64,000 bases of DNA from an uncultured bacterium (GCA_903821355.1 CAIJKW010000018.1:1453-65452), one strand, 5' to 3'. Positions 39,488 through 49,513 are shown, counted from the stretch's first letter. Translations and numbers: made by a program. Notes: a model not told the origin generated them from the sequence alone.

Positions 39488-39558
39488 CTTTTCGTACAAG
39501 ATTTATATCAGACAGGATTATCTTTTGATATTCCCGTAAAAGCTGATACTATATTGCT

Positions 39559-40914
39559 ATGGAAGAAATAATTGCTTTAGCTAAAAGACGTGGCTTTATA
39601 TATCAAGGCTCAGAAATATACGGCGGCCTTGCTGGAACTTGGGACTATGGACATTTAGGCCTAGCCCTTAAAAACAACATAAAAAATACCTGGTGGAGAC
39701 GTTTCGTTTTAGACAGAGAAGATATGTATGGCGTTGACGCTGCAATTCTCATGAATCAAAACGTTTGGAAGGCAAGTGGTCACGTTGCTGGTTTCTTTGA
39801 CCCGCTAGTTGATGACTTGAAAACCAATAAAAGATATAGAGCTGACTCTCTGCTTGAAGAGGCAGGCCTTAGCATAAAAGGCATGTCTATTGAAGACATG
39901 AATAACTTGATCAAAGAGAAGGGAATTAAAAGTCCTGAAGGAAATCCCCTTGGAGAAGTTAGGCAATTTAGAATGATGTTTACAACTCACGTTGGAGCAA
40001 ATCAAGATGAGGCTTCTGTTTCATACTTGCGACCTGAGACTGCACAAGGAATGTTCGTTAACTTTAAAAATATTTTAGATTCTTTCCATCCAAAGATTCC
40101 TTTTGGTATGGCTCAAATTGGAAAGGCATTTAGAAATGAGATTGCTCCTAGAGATTTTATATTTAGAACTCGTGAATTTGAACAAATGGAGATCGAGTAT
40201 TTTGTTAATCCAAAAGCGTGGGAGACATCCTTCGATCATTTTAGAAATGAAATGCATGCATTTGCATCTGATGTTGGACTCAATCCAGCAAAAGTCCATG
40301 AACATGAAATTGCTCCAGAAGACTTGGCACACTATTCTAAGAGAACAATAGACTTCGAGTTTGATTTTCCAATGGGTATAAAAGAACTTTATGGATTGGC
40401 TTACAGAACTGATTTTGATTTGAAGAGTCATAGTGATGCGTCCGGTGTTGATTTGTCTTTTTTTGACGAAGAAACAAAAGAGCGATACATCCCTCATTGT
40501 ATAGAGCCTTCCCTTGGAGTCGACAGAACTGTTTTGGCGGTTTTAACAGATGCCTATTCTGAGGATGATGTTGGTGGGGAAAAAAGGGTTTATTTAAAAC
40601 TTTCTCCAAAGATTGCACCCGTTTTGATTGCGGTTTCACCGTTGCTTAAGAATAAGACTCAATTGGTTGAGAAGGCTAGGGAGGTCTATGGAATTTTACG
40701 AAAGGAATTTCCTGGTAGAATAATGTTTGACGATAATGGAAATATTGGAAAGAGATATAGAAGACAAGATGAAATTGGTACTCCATTTTGTATAACTATA
40801 GATTTTGATACGGTAGAGAAGGATCAGACAATGACACTTAGATATAGAGACTCTGCCACACAAGACAGACTTTCAATTGAGCAAATTGTTAAGGTTGTGA
40901 AGGAGGCGATTTAG
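39559..40914 (+). CDS. glyS: Glycine--tRNA ligase, alpha2 (archaeal/eukaryote-like) type
   Basis: N-terminus IIALAKRRGFIYQGSEIYGGLAGTWDYGHLG characteristic of alpha2 GlyRS; class II motifs. Confidence 0.85.
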   Translation: MEEIIALAKRRGFIYQGSEIYGGLAGTWDYGHLGLALKNNIKNTWWRRFVLDREDMYGVDAAILMNQNVWKASGHVAGFFDPLVDDLKTNKRYRADSLLEEAGLSIKGMSIEDMNNLIKEKGIKSPEGNPLGEVRQFRMMFTTHVGANQDEASVSYLRPETAQGMFVNFKNILDSFHPKIPFGMAQIGKAFRNEIAPRDFIFRTREFEQMEIEYFVNPKAWETSFDHFRNEMHAFASDVGLNPAKVHEHEIAPEDLAHYSKRTIDFEFDFPMGIKELYGLAYRTDFDLKSHSDASGVDLSFFDEETKERYIPHCIEPSLGVDRTVLAVLTDAYSEDDVGGEKRVYLKLSPKIAPVLIAVSPLLKNKTQLVEKAREVYGILRKEFPGRIMFDDNGNIGKRYRRQDEIGTPFCITIDFDTVEKDQTMTLRYRDSATQDRLSIEQIVKVVKEAI

Positions 40915-40928
40915 CAAAATCTCCCCAT

Positions 40929-40985
40929 GGCGATCCTGCTGGATCGCCTACTGGGCGATTCAGTAGAATCGCCTACACCGGCTCG
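40929..40985. repeat. Palindromic intergenic repeat, copy B
   Basis: ggcgatcctgctggatcgcc tactggg cgattcagtagaatcgcc tacaccggctcg; TATAAT at 41032-41037. Confidence 0.7.
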
Positions 40986-41060
40986 ACTATCGGGCGTTCT
41001 GTAGACACTGCACCCTGGCTGGGCTTTGCAGTATAATCAATCTGGTGCTATTCTTTAGGT

Positions 41061-42134
41061 GTGCCAGATAAAAGTAATTCGTTAAATCTAAATATAAGCT
41101 TCACTACGCTCTTTAAGATAGCGGTCTTTTTGCTTGGGGTATATCTATTATTTGTTCTAAGGGGTCTCGGTTTGATAATACTTACAGGTATTGTGATTGC
41201 TTCTGTTGTGGAACCTGCGGTTAAATGGTTTGTAAAAAGAAATCTTCCCAGAGCCCTTTCTGCTATATTGGTCTACGCTTTAATTATAGGTTCGCTCACT
41301 TTGGTGTTCTCCTTTGCAGTTCCTCCTCTTTTAGGAGAGATGGTTTCAGCTGTTAATAGTATTCCTAAATACGTTAAGACCATTGATATATTCACTCCTA
41401 TAAACAAAAATGCTTATAGCGGTACAAAGTTGTTTTTCCCAGATATCCCTACAACAATCTCAGTCGGCGATGTTATTTCAAATACAACCGGTGCAATCTC
41501 AAATTTCTCTGGTGGTATGTTTGATACTGTGGCAGGATTCTTTGGTGGAATCATTAGTTCTATTTTAGTTCTGGTTATATCTTTCTACCTTTCCGTTAGA
41601 GAGGATGGGGTTGGAGAATTTTTATCTATTGTTACTCCGCCTGAGAAAGAAAAATATGTTAGAGGCTTGTGGCAAAGAGCTGAAACCAAAATTGCTAGAT
41701 GGATGCAAGGTCAGGTAATGTTGGGGCTAGTTGTTTTTGTCTTTATATATATCGGATTGGTTTTAATTGGTGTGAAGCATCCATTGCTTCTTGCTATGAT
41801 TGCTGGAATATTTGAATTAATTCCAGTTGTGGGAATGACTCTATCCGCAATACCCGCATTCTTTATGGGGGTATTAGATGGAGGAATAGGAGTCGGATTG
41901 TTTATCGTCGGACTTTACTTGATAGTGCAACAAATAGAGGCACATGTGTTTTATCCTTTGGTTGTTAAGAAATTAATTGGAGTTCCACCACTTCTGGTTA
42001 TTATTTCACTTGTTGCCGGCGCTGAACTTGCCGGAATTGTTGGTGCGATACTTGCTATTCCGGTCTCTGTTGCACTCATGGAATACATAGATGATGTAGA
42101 GAGACGAAAGAAAGATGATTTGGTGAAGGGGTAG
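41061..42134 (+). CDS. AI-2E family (PerM/YhhT-like) transporter
   Basis: 357 aa polytopic membrane protein with the AI-2E topology; apparent GTG start. Confidence 0.5.
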   Translation: MPDKSNSLNLNISFTTLFKIAVFLLGVYLLFVLRGLGLIILTGIVIASVVEPAVKWFVKRNLPRALSAILVYALIIGSLTLVFSFAVPPLLGEMVSAVNSIPKYVKTIDIFTPINKNAYSGTKLFFPDIPTTISVGDVISNTTGAISNFSGGMFDTVAGFFGGIISSILVLVISFYLSVREDGVGEFLSIVTPPEKEKYVRGLWQRAETKIARWMQGQVMLGLVVFVFIYIGLVLIGVKHPLLLAMIAGIFELIPVVGMTLSAIPAFFMGVLDGGIGVGLFIVGLYLIVQQIEAHVFYPLVVKKLIGVPPLLVIISLVAGAELAGIVGAILAIPVSVALMEYIDDVERRKKDDLVKG

Positions 42135-42149
42135 AAAAAATACAGGATA

Positions 42150-42177
42150 CCGCCGCAGGCAGGCCTGCCTGCGGCGG
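42150..42177. repeat. Perfect 28-nt GC-rich palindrome between the AI-2E gene and metG
   Basis: ccgccgcaggcaggcctgcctgcggcgg equals its own reverse complement. Confidence 0.6.
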
Positions 42178-42181
42178 GGGT

Positions 42182-43708
42182 ATGAAAATCGATAATAAAA
42201 ATAATAGAATGTCACAAACTCAAAAAACTTTTTATATTACTACGACTCTGCCTTATGTAAACGCAGATCCTCATATTGGATTCGCGATGGAGATAATCAG
42301 AGCTGATGTCATAGCTAGATACAAGAAATCATTAGGATATGATGTGTTTTTTAATACTGGCACTGATGAACACGGTTTAAAATTATTTGAAACAGCAAAA
42401 GAAAAAAAGATGGATATCATGGATTTTTTGAATGAAGTTTCCTCAACTTACAAAAATCTTCTGGTGGATCTGAATATTTCTAGAGACGTGCATTTTATAA
42501 GAACTACAGATGAACATCACAAAAAAAGCGCACAAGCACTTTGGAAAAGGGTTAAAGACAACGGTTATATTTATAAGAAAAACTATCAAACAAAATATTG
42601 TGTTGGGTGTGAAGAAAATAAGACTGACTCAGAACTAGTTGACGGCAAGTGTCCATTGCACCCTAATCGTGAACTAGAAATTATCGATGAAGAAAACTAT
42701 TTTTTTAAACTCTCCGCACTCGCCGATGATCTGTTTACTCTTTTTGAGTCTAATCCAAAACTAGTTATTCCAGAGACAAGACTAAATGAAATGAAGGAGT
42801 TTGTGAGAAGAGGTCTGGAGGATTTTAGTATTTCAAGGCTTAAATCAAAGATGCCATGGGGAATCGATGTTCCAGATGATACAGAACATGTCATGTATGT
42901 TTGGTTTGACGCTCTTACAAACTACATCTCTACTTTAGGTTGGCCAGAAAATGAAAATGACGATGGGAAAAACGGCACTGACAACGGAGATTTTAATAAG
43001 TATTGGGTCACGGGATCGCCTGTTCAGTATTGTGGAAAAGATAACACAAGGTTTCAATCAATTACATGGCAGTCGATGCTTTTGGCTGCAAAGTTGCCTA
43101 CCACACATAGTATTATTATAAATGGTTGGATTACAGGGGAGGGTGGGGTGAAGATGTCTAAATCGTTAGGAAACACCATTAATCCAAGTGAAGTCGCGAA
43201 AGAATATGGGGCCGACGCGTTAAGATTTTTTGTAACAAAAGAATTGCAACCATTTGAAGATTCTCCTTTCGCAATAAATAAATTCAAAGAAGTCTATAAT
43301 GCCCACTTGGCAAACGGAATTGGCAATCTAGTTTCTAGGACAATGAAGATGGCGACTTCCTATGAAGCCAAACTTTCTGAGGAGGACATTAAGGCTGTAC
43401 ATCTTTCAGTAGACATTTTAAATGGTACAGAAAATAAAGATGTAGAAAACTTTAGATTAGATTTGTATGTTCAAGAAATTTTTGACGAATTTACAAAACT
43501 AGACCAGTTCATCCAAGAAGAGCAACCATTTAAAAAGTTTAAGGTAAATCCAGAAGAGGCTCGCAATGATTTGGTGTACATACAAAAACAATTGCTGACG
43601 GGTGTTTATAAGTTGTCTGTTGTAATGCCTGAGACATCAAAAGTTGTTGTTGATTGTATCGTAAATCACAAAATGCCAGAAGCCCCATTGTTTTTAAGAA
43701 AGGATTAA
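42182..43708 (+). CDS. metG: Methionine--tRNA ligase
   Basis: PYVNADPHIGF (HIGH-type), zinc-knuckle Cys cluster, VKMSKSLGN (KMSKS); true start may be MSQTQ at 42209. Confidence 0.85.
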   Translation: MKIDNKNNRMSQTQKTFYITTTLPYVNADPHIGFAMEIIRADVIARYKKSLGYDVFFNTGTDEHGLKLFETAKEKKMDIMDFLNEVSSTYKNLLVDLNISRDVHFIRTTDEHHKKSAQALWKRVKDNGYIYKKNYQTKYCVGCEENKTDSELVDGKCPLHPNRELEIIDEENYFFKLSALADDLFTLFESNPKLVIPETRLNEMKEFVRRGLEDFSISRLKSKMPWGIDVPDDTEHVMYVWFDALTNYISTLGWPENENDDGKNGTDNGDFNKYWVTGSPVQYCGKDNTRFQSITWQSMLLAAKLPTTHSIIINGWITGEGGVKMSKSLGNTINPSEVAKEYGADALRFFVTKELQPFEDSPFAINKFKEVYNAHLANGIGNLVSRTMKMATSYEAKLSEEDIKAVHLSVDILNGTENKDVENFRLDLYVQEIFDEFTKLDQFIQEEQPFKKFKVNPEEARNDLVYIQKQLLTGVYKLSVVMPETSKVVVDCIVNHKMPEAPLFLRKD

Positions 43709-43711
43709 TTT

Positions 43712-44536
43712 ATGAAATTTCAATATATAGATACTCACGCCCATGTAAATTTCCCAGAATTTGATGAAGATAGGGAAGTCGTTTTGAGAAATGCCTTGGA
43801 CGAAGGAGTTTTTGTTGTTAATGTTGGAACTAATTTAGAATCATCTAGACGGGCTATTTCTATCGCAGAACAATATAACGAAGGGGTTTATGCGATTGTT
43901 GGAATACATCCTCACGAGGTGATGGAATTAGAAAAAAACGGTTTGATTGATAGTACATTGGCAGAGCTTAAGGAGCTGGCAAAACACGGAAAGGTTATTG
44001 GAATAGGGGAATGTGGTTTGGACTTCTTCAAAATTGAAGAATACAACAAAGGCGTAACGGTTGAAGATGTGAAAAAAGTCCAAGAAAAAGTGTTCAGGGG
44101 TCAGATTGATATTTCCCTAGCTCTTGACAAACCTCTAATGTTACATTGTAGAGACAGCTACAGCGAAACTTTAGAAATTCTTTATAATTATTCAAGGGTA
44201 CCTAGTGTAAAGTTGCGAGGGAATGCACACTTCTTTGCTGGTTCATTAGAGCAGGCAAAGGCATTCATAAGTTGCGGATTCACAATATCTTTCACAGGGG
44301 TTATCACTTTTGCTAAGAATTACGAGCTTTTAATCAAAGAGATTCCTCTAGATAAGATTCTTTCTGAAACGGATTGTCCATATGTGGCGCCAGTGCCTTT
44401 TAGGGGTAAAAGAGCAGAACCTTTGCATGTTAAGTTGGTGGTTCAAAAAATAGCTGAAATTAAGGGTATTTCTACCGAAGAGGCTAGGGAACAGATAGAA
44501 AAGAACGTAAAACAGATGTTTTTTGACTCGGTCTAA
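43712..44536 (+). CDS. tatD: TatD-family metal-dependent hydrolase/DNase
   Basis: YIDTHAHVNF N-terminal metal-binding motif; 274 aa. Confidence 0.8.
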   Translation: MKFQYIDTHAHVNFPEFDEDREVVLRNALDEGVFVVNVGTNLESSRRAISIAEQYNEGVYAIVGIHPHEVMELEKNGLIDSTLAELKELAKHGKVIGIGECGLDFFKIEEYNKGVTVEDVKKVQEKVFRGQIDISLALDKPLMLHCRDSYSETLEILYNYSRVPSVKLRGNAHFFAGSLEQAKAFISCGFTISFTGVITFAKNYELLIKEIPLDKILSETDCPYVAPVPFRGKRAEPLHVKLVVQKIAEIKGISTEEAREQIEKNVKQMFFDSV

Positions 44537-44609
44537 TCTCTCTTTGTGGCCAAAGGAGTGGTTAGGGCATAAGGTTGCTCATATTAACCTTTTGTGTTAG
44601 TCTTCTGAC

Positions 44610-45209
44610 ATGGCAAAAAAAGTTGAACTTACACAAGAGGACCAACAGCTTGAGAACAGGGTTTATGAACTCGGTTTTCACTTCGTCTCAACAATAGTTG
44701 AGGATGAGGTCGCTGTACAATTCTCGCATCTTAAGTCACTTATTGAGAAACGCGGAGGACAATTTATCGCAGAAGAAATGCCTAAATTTAAAAACCTTGC
44801 ATATCCAATAAGTAAGACAGTTAAGACGGATAGAAAGAATCATTTATCATCATATTTTGGATGGGTTAAGTTTGAAATTAATCCTGAAGAGATAATTCCA
44901 TTAGAAAAAGAGATAAAGGCCTTTGGCCCAATGCTTAGATTTCTTTTGATAAAGACTGTTAAGGAAAATACTTTCCTTGGAGCAGTAGCAGAAATCAAAG
45001 TAGATTCATCAAAAATAGTTAAAATTGTTGATGAGCCTGCAGAGGACGTAGTTTCAGAGGGTGATTCTGAGGGATCTCATGCAGAGACAGCAAAAGCTGT
45101 TGAGGCCACTCCTGAAGTCGCTCCAAAAGACGTTTCTGAAGTTGAGTCTCTTGATGCTGTGAATGAGATTGTAGATACTGAAAAAATGGGTAATATCGCA
45201 ACTGAATAA
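44610..45209 (+). CDS. rpsF: 30S ribosomal protein S6 with an acidic C-terminal extension
   Basis: YELGFHF...NLAYPISK...MLRFLLIK matches the S6 core; first gene of the rpsF-ssb-rpsR operon. Confidence 0.7.
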   Translation: MAKKVELTQEDQQLENRVYELGFHFVSTIVEDEVAVQFSHLKSLIEKRGGQFIAEEMPKFKNLAYPISKTVKTDRKNHLSSYFGWVKFEINPEEIIPLEKEIKAFGPMLRFLLIKTVKENTFLGAVAEIKVDSSKIVKIVDEPAEDVVSEGDSEGSHAETAKAVEATPEVAPKDVSEVESLDAVNEIVDTEKMGNIATE

Positions 45210-45274
45210 GTGATCACCTACTGGGTGATTCTGCTGACGATTTAACAAAATCGTCACAGGGCTCGCCTACAGGG
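45210..45274. repeat. Palindromic intergenic repeat, copy C (degenerate)
   Basis: gtgatcacc tactggg tgattctgctga cgatttaacaaaatcg tcac agggctcgcc tacaggg; TATAAT at 45301-45306 sits 6 nt before ATG 45313. Confidence 0.6.
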
Positions 45275-45312
45275 TGGTATTAATCAAAACTAAAGTATTA
45301 TATAATATCACT

Positions 45313-45804
45313 ATGTATTTAAACAAAGCAATAATTATCGGAAATTTAACTCGTGATCCAGAAATGAAGGCATTGCCTTCAGGGATGAGTGTCACATCAT
45401 TCTCAGTTGCAACCAACAGAGTTTGGAAAGACAAGAACGGAGCAAAGCAAGAGGCAGCAGATTATCATAATGTGGTAGTCTTCGGTCGCCAAGCTGAAAC
45501 ATCTGCTCAATATTTAAAAAAAGGAAGTAGCGTATTGGTAGAAGGTAGAATGCAAACTCGTTCTTGGGACGGAGCCGACGGTAAAAAGCTATATAGAACA
45601 GAAGTTATAGCTGACAACATTCAATTTGGTTCAAGACCAACTGATGGTGGAGCTGGATCTTTTGGTGGAGGAGCATCAAATGGCGGAAATGCAGCCGCTG
45701 GAGCATCAGCTAAAAAAGCAGATGATACAGGTAACGCATTAAATCAATTAGATTCAATAGAATATCCAGAAGAAGAAATTAATCCAGAGGATATACCATT
45801 CTAA
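45313..45804 (+). CDS. ssb: Single-stranded DNA-binding protein
   Basis: MYLNKAIIIGNLTRDPE OB-fold start, Gly-rich linker, C-terminal acidic tail ending DIPF; start set to 45313 rather than the ORF-track start 45274. Confidence 0.85.
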   Translation: MYLNKAIIIGNLTRDPEMKALPSGMSVTSFSVATNRVWKDKNGAKQEAADYHNVVVFGRQAETSAQYLKKGSSVLVEGRMQTRSWDGADGKKLYRTEVIADNIQFGSRPTDGGAGSFGGGASNGGNAAAGASAKKADDTGNALNQLDSIEYPEEEINPEDIPF

Positions 45805-45837
45805 TCTAGTCACTTACAGGATAATTAAATTAAAATC

Positions 45838-46041
45838 ATGACAAAACATTGTTATTTCTCACAAAACAACATCAAACACGTTGATTATAAAGATACAGAA
45901 CTTATAAAAAAGTTTCTTAACCCTCACGCAAGACTTCTTTCAAGAAAGAAGACTGGTGTTGCGGCTAAAAATCAACGTAAACTGGCTCTAGCAGTAAAGA
46001 GAGCTAGATTTATGGCTCTATTGCCATTCATCGCTCAATAG
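45838..46041 (+). CDS. rpsR: 30S ribosomal protein S18
   Basis: CYFSQNNIKHVDYKDTELIKKFL...RKKTGVAAKNQRKLALAVKRARFMALLPF. Confidence 0.85.
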   Translation: MTKHCYFSQNNIKHVDYKDTELIKKFLNPHARLLSRKKTGVAAKNQRKLALAVKRARFMALLPFIAQ

Positions 46042-46116
46042 ACATAGTAAGCCCAATTAGGGCTATATTAGGGCTATATTGTAGCTACTCAGTTAGATTC
46101 GAAAAGTTGTATAAAT

Positions 46117-46150
46117 AACAAAACACCGGAGCTGTAATAAGCCTCGGTGT
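46117..46150. terminator. Bidirectional terminator between rpsR and efp
   Basis: aaaacaccggag-ctgtaataagc-ctcggtgtttt. Confidence 0.55.
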
Positions 46151-46232
46151 TTTGTTATGTTTGAATTTTGTATTTAATTTGGCCGACTGACTTTAGAATT
46201 CTAAACCCTTCAAAAAATACCCGCCTTCAAAC

Positions 46233-46817
46233 TTATTTAACTCTTTCTACGTATTCTCCTGTTTCTGTATTTATTCTGACGATGTCTCCTTCTACAACGA
46301 ACATTGGAACATTAAGCCCCGCTCCAGTTTCAAGTACAACAAGCTTGTTGCCACTTTTTGAGGAGTCACCACGTAGTACTGGGGGAGCCTCCTTAACCAT
46401 AAGTTCTATTTTGATAGGTAAATCAATTCTGAAGATTTGTTCATCAAAAAGAGATGCTTCAACTATTGAGTTTGGTTTTAGGAATTTTCCACTATTTCCA
46501 AGAACACTTTCATCTATCTTAAAACGAGCCGCTGGATTGTTTTCTTCACAAAACCACCACTCACCTTTGTTTGCATACAAAAATTTGATCTTCTTTGAAT
46601 CAATTTCAGCTGTATGAACCTTGTCAGTAGCTCCAAAGGAGTGTTCCACAATCCTACCGTTTAATAAATTTTTTAATTTTGTATCGTTAACAGGCTTTCT
46701 CATTTGCTTTCTGAAAATGTGAGAACTCATAACTTCATATGGCTCACCCTCAAAAACGATAAACTTTCTTACTGTAATTTCATTATAATCGTACATAATA
46801 TGGCCATTGTAGACCAT
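46233..46817 (-). CDS. efp: Elongation factor P
   Basis: EFP blocks FRKQMRKPVNDTKLKNLLNGRIVEHSF and C-terminal GDIVRINTETGEYVERVK; ORF track extends to 46874, an internal Met was chosen as start. Confidence 0.75.
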   Translation of the reverse strand: MVYNGHIMYDYNEITVRKFIVFEGEPYEVMSSHIFRKQMRKPVNDTKLKNLLNGRIVEHSFGATDKVHTAEIDSKKIKFLYANKGEWWFCEENNPAARFKIDESVLGNSGKFLKPNSIVEASLFDEQIFRIDLPIKIELMVKEAPPVLRGDSSKSGNKLVVLETGAGLNVPMFVVEGDIVRINTETGEYVERVK

Positions 46818-46969
46818 AAGAGGGGAGATGTCCATGTCAGGGTGCGATTTTTTGGGTTCTTGTTTTGCAGGCAAATATAGTTGAAAAAATTATAATTTCT
46901 TTGGGATTTCTTTAGAAATTCTTTACAGGAAATTTGGGGTTGGTTTGTTAGAATGGGTAAAGCAAAAAA

Positions 46970-47344
46970 ATGGAAATAAAGAACGATTTTAATACTGAAA
47001 ATAAATATCCACCTAAAAATCCTGCTGTAGGGCGGGGTGAAGTTTTTTGGTGCTATCTTGGTATGAATATTGGATCTGAACAAAACGGGGCAGGCAGTGA
47101 TCTGATGAGACCTATGTTGATAATAAACATATTTTCGGAAAATTTCTTTTTGGCCGCGCCACTGACCACTAAAAAACATACTGGTAACTGGTATATAAAG
47201 GTTTCGCTTAATGATTCTTATGTTATTTTAAATCAGATAAGACCAATTGACATAGATAGGTTGAGAGAAAGTATAGGCTACCTACCTGAAGATGAACTAA
47301 GAAATATAATCGATAGTTATATTCAACTTATTAAATATGTATAA
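46970..47344 (+). CDS. MazF/PemK-family endoribonuclease toxin-like protein, no adjacent antitoxin ORF
   Basis: GRGEVFWCYLGMNIGSEQNGAGSDLMRPMLIINIF...LAAPLTTKK...VILNQIRPIDIDRL matches the MazF/PemK fold motifs (GDIxxVDFxPxxGSEQxGxRPxLVxS...TS...DQIRTID..RL). Confidence 0.6.
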   Translation: MEIKNDFNTENKYPPKNPAVGRGEVFWCYLGMNIGSEQNGAGSDLMRPMLIINIFSENFFLAAPLTTKKHTGNWYIKVSLNDSYVILNQIRPIDIDRLRESIGYLPEDELRNIIDSYIQLIKYV

Positions 47345-47554
47345 GGTATAGAACGAAAAAAACACCAAACAAATGGTGCTTTAATCGCTAAATAAAAGTA
47401 TTTGCATACTTTCGGCTGGGTTTCCCCAAAACTGTCCTTAATAAATTGTCATCTGTTGCCTAACGAGTAGGTCAGAATCGAAAAGATTAACATTGAGCTA
47501 ATCTATAAGGTATCTAAAGTTTATCAAAAAGCTTTTGGCTGTCAAGTAAAAGTG

Positions 47555-47590
47555 AAAGTAAAAAACACCATTGATTTGGTGCTTTTTACC
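47555..47590 (-). terminator. Rho-independent terminator downstream of recA
   Basis: aaaaacaccattgatttggtgcttttt; reverse complement is a hairpin plus T-run. Confidence 0.55.
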
Positions 47591-47615
47591 GTCCAGATTA
47601 TTACCTGAAATGTTT

Positions 47616-48863
47616 CTACAGCTCCTTCAAATGCTCTCTGATTTTCTTCAATATCTCATTACTAATCTTTGTATTAGCACGCAAAAATTGACGAGTAGCA
47701 TCATATCCGCGTCCCAATTTTTCTTCTCCGTAAGAATAACTTGTTCCGCTTTTGTTGATAATATCTAGCTTCTCACCAAGTGCAATTATCTCTCCCTCTT
47801 TTGAAATACCCTCATTGTACATAAGGTCAAATTCAGTTTGTCTAAATGGAGCTGCAACTTTATTTTTTACAACCTTAACCCTGACGCGTCCACCCATAAT
47901 TTCTTCACCCTTTTTGATTTGAGCGATCCTTCTAATATCCAATCTAACAGAAGTGTAAAACTTAAGAGCCTTTCCTCCTGGGGTAGTCTCAGGGTTACCA
48001 AACATCACACCAATTTGCATTCTAATTTGATTGATGAATATAACAATAGTTTTACTTCTTGCGACAATTGCAGTCAGCTTTCTTAGAGCTTGAGACATCA
48101 ATCTTGCTTGCTTACCCATGTGAGATGCTCCCATGTCTCCTTCAATCTCATCTTTTGGGGTAAGTGCGGCAACTGAGTCAATAACAATAACATCGAGTTT
48201 TCCTGATCTAACAAGACTTTCAACAATTTCCAGCGCCTGCTCTCCAGTATCTGGCTGGGAAATTAAAAGTTCATCTATTTGAACACCAAGTCTCTTTGCA
48301 TATTCAGGATCCATTGCATGCTCTGCATCAATGAAGGCACAGATTCCATCCTTCTTTTGTGCCTCCGCGATAACATGAAGGGACAAAGTTGTCTTACCAG
48401 AAGACTCCGGTCCAAATATCTCTATAATACGTCCACGAGGAAGACCTCCGACGCCAAGCGCTGCATCTAGCCCAATTGAACCAGTTGATATTGCATTAAC
48501 ATCAACTCTTGGCTTTTCTCCAAGGCGCATAATTGCGTCATCGCCAAATTTTGTTTTGATTTGTGCGATAGTGTCTTTGATTGATGAATTATTATCTTTT
48601 TCTTTGGATTTCTTTTTTGAAGAACCAAAGGATGATTTAGAAGACGATGAAGACCCCGAAGAAGGGGATTCATCATCTCCATCCTCATCATCATTTTCCT
48701 CACGAGCCTCTGGATTTCCCAATACTGCTTTTTTTGTTTCTTCCTCCACATCACCCTTAGGGGTTTTTGGTGCCATTTCTTTTGCTGACACCTTTTTTGT
48801 TTCCTTTTCTTCTTTCTTTTTTACCACATCTTTTTTAATAACTACTTCTTTCTTCTTTGCCAT
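47616..48863 (-). CDS. recA: Recombinase RecA with a lysine/glutamate/serine-rich N-terminal extension of about 95 aa
   Basis: [25 protein letters not shown] (Walker A), [10 protein letters not shown], full RecA core; low-complexity N-terminal extension absent from canonical RecA. Confidence 0.9.
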   Translation of the reverse strand: MAKKKEVVIKKDVVKKKEEKETKKVSAKEMAPKTPKGDVEEETKKAVLGNPEAREENDDEDGDDESPSSGSSSSSKSSFGSSKKKSKEKDNNSSIKDTIAQIKTKFGDDAIMRLGEKPRVDVNAISTGSIGLDAALGVGGLPRGRIIEIFGPESSGKTTLSLHVIAEAQKKDGICAFIDAEHAMDPEYAKRLGVQIDELLISQPDTGEQALEIVESLVRSGKLDVIVIDSVAALTPKDEIEGDMGASHMGKQARLMSQALRKLTAIVARSKTIVIFINQIRMQIGVMFGNPETTPGGKALKFYTSVRLDIRRIAQIKKGEEIMGGRVRVKVVKNKVAAPFRQTEFDLMYNEGISKEGEIIALGEKLDIINKSGTSYSYGEEKLGRGYDATRQFLRANTKISNEILKKIREHLKEL

Positions 48864-48954
48864 AATATTGATAAATTAATTTAATTTATAAAAAACCGAT
48901 TCTTATTCTTATTAATGAGACCGATGATTTTACTACTTAAAATAATTTTATTAT

Positions 48955-49449
48955 TTAAATAGTTTTACCATTAGATTTACTACTAGTTGCATTGTCAGAT
49001 TTGTCGCTAAGTTTAACAGCAGGCTTGTCTACAGGCTTGGCCGCGAGATTATCCACGGACTTATCAGTAGTTTTATCGTCATCACTACCATTGTAGACCA
49101 TCTGTAGTTCTTTTTTTACATGAGCTCCAAATTTATCCGTAGCTTCTAGTTTAATGACATTATATCCCGGATAGAGAAGGACTTTTTCTTTAAATTGCCC
49201 AGTCTCATCTATAGGTATCAACCTGTCATTTAATGTAACCACCGAGACATTTTTGACGATACCGGAAACATCTACTGCACTGTCTTTGGCACTAGTTGTG
49301 CTTGGACTTTGTATTGTGATTTGAGGACCACTAATTATTTTTTTTGATTGAAATCCTGCGTATCCGCCAATTGCGCAAATTATAATGACGACAAGAACAT
49401 TTCTAATTATTGTTTTTCCTTCTTTTATACTTTTGCGCGTTCCTATCAT
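48955..49449 (-). CDS. Hypothetical secreted or membrane-anchored protein
   Basis: 164 aa; N-terminal TM/signal helix; no motif. Confidence 0.35.
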   Translation of the reverse strand: MIGTRKSIKEGKTIIRNVLVVIIICAIGGYAGFQSKKIISGPQITIQSPSTTSAKDSAVDVSGIVKNVSVVTLNDRLIPIDETGQFKEKVLLYPGYNVIKLEATDKFGAHVKKELQMVYNGSDDDKTTDKSVDNLAAKPVDKPAVKLSDKSDNATSSKSNGKTI

Positions 49450-49513
49450 ACAATTGTTGTTTAAAGTTTCTATAAAGAATTTCTAAAGAAATCCCAAATA
49501 TTTAATGTAATAA

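Noticed and set aside
47571-47768. 65-aa plus-strand ORF as the missing MazE-like antitoxin
   Set aside because: It lies downstream of the MazF-like gene, beyond two terminators, is antisense to the recA 3' end, and lacks any AbrB/MazE-like sequence features.
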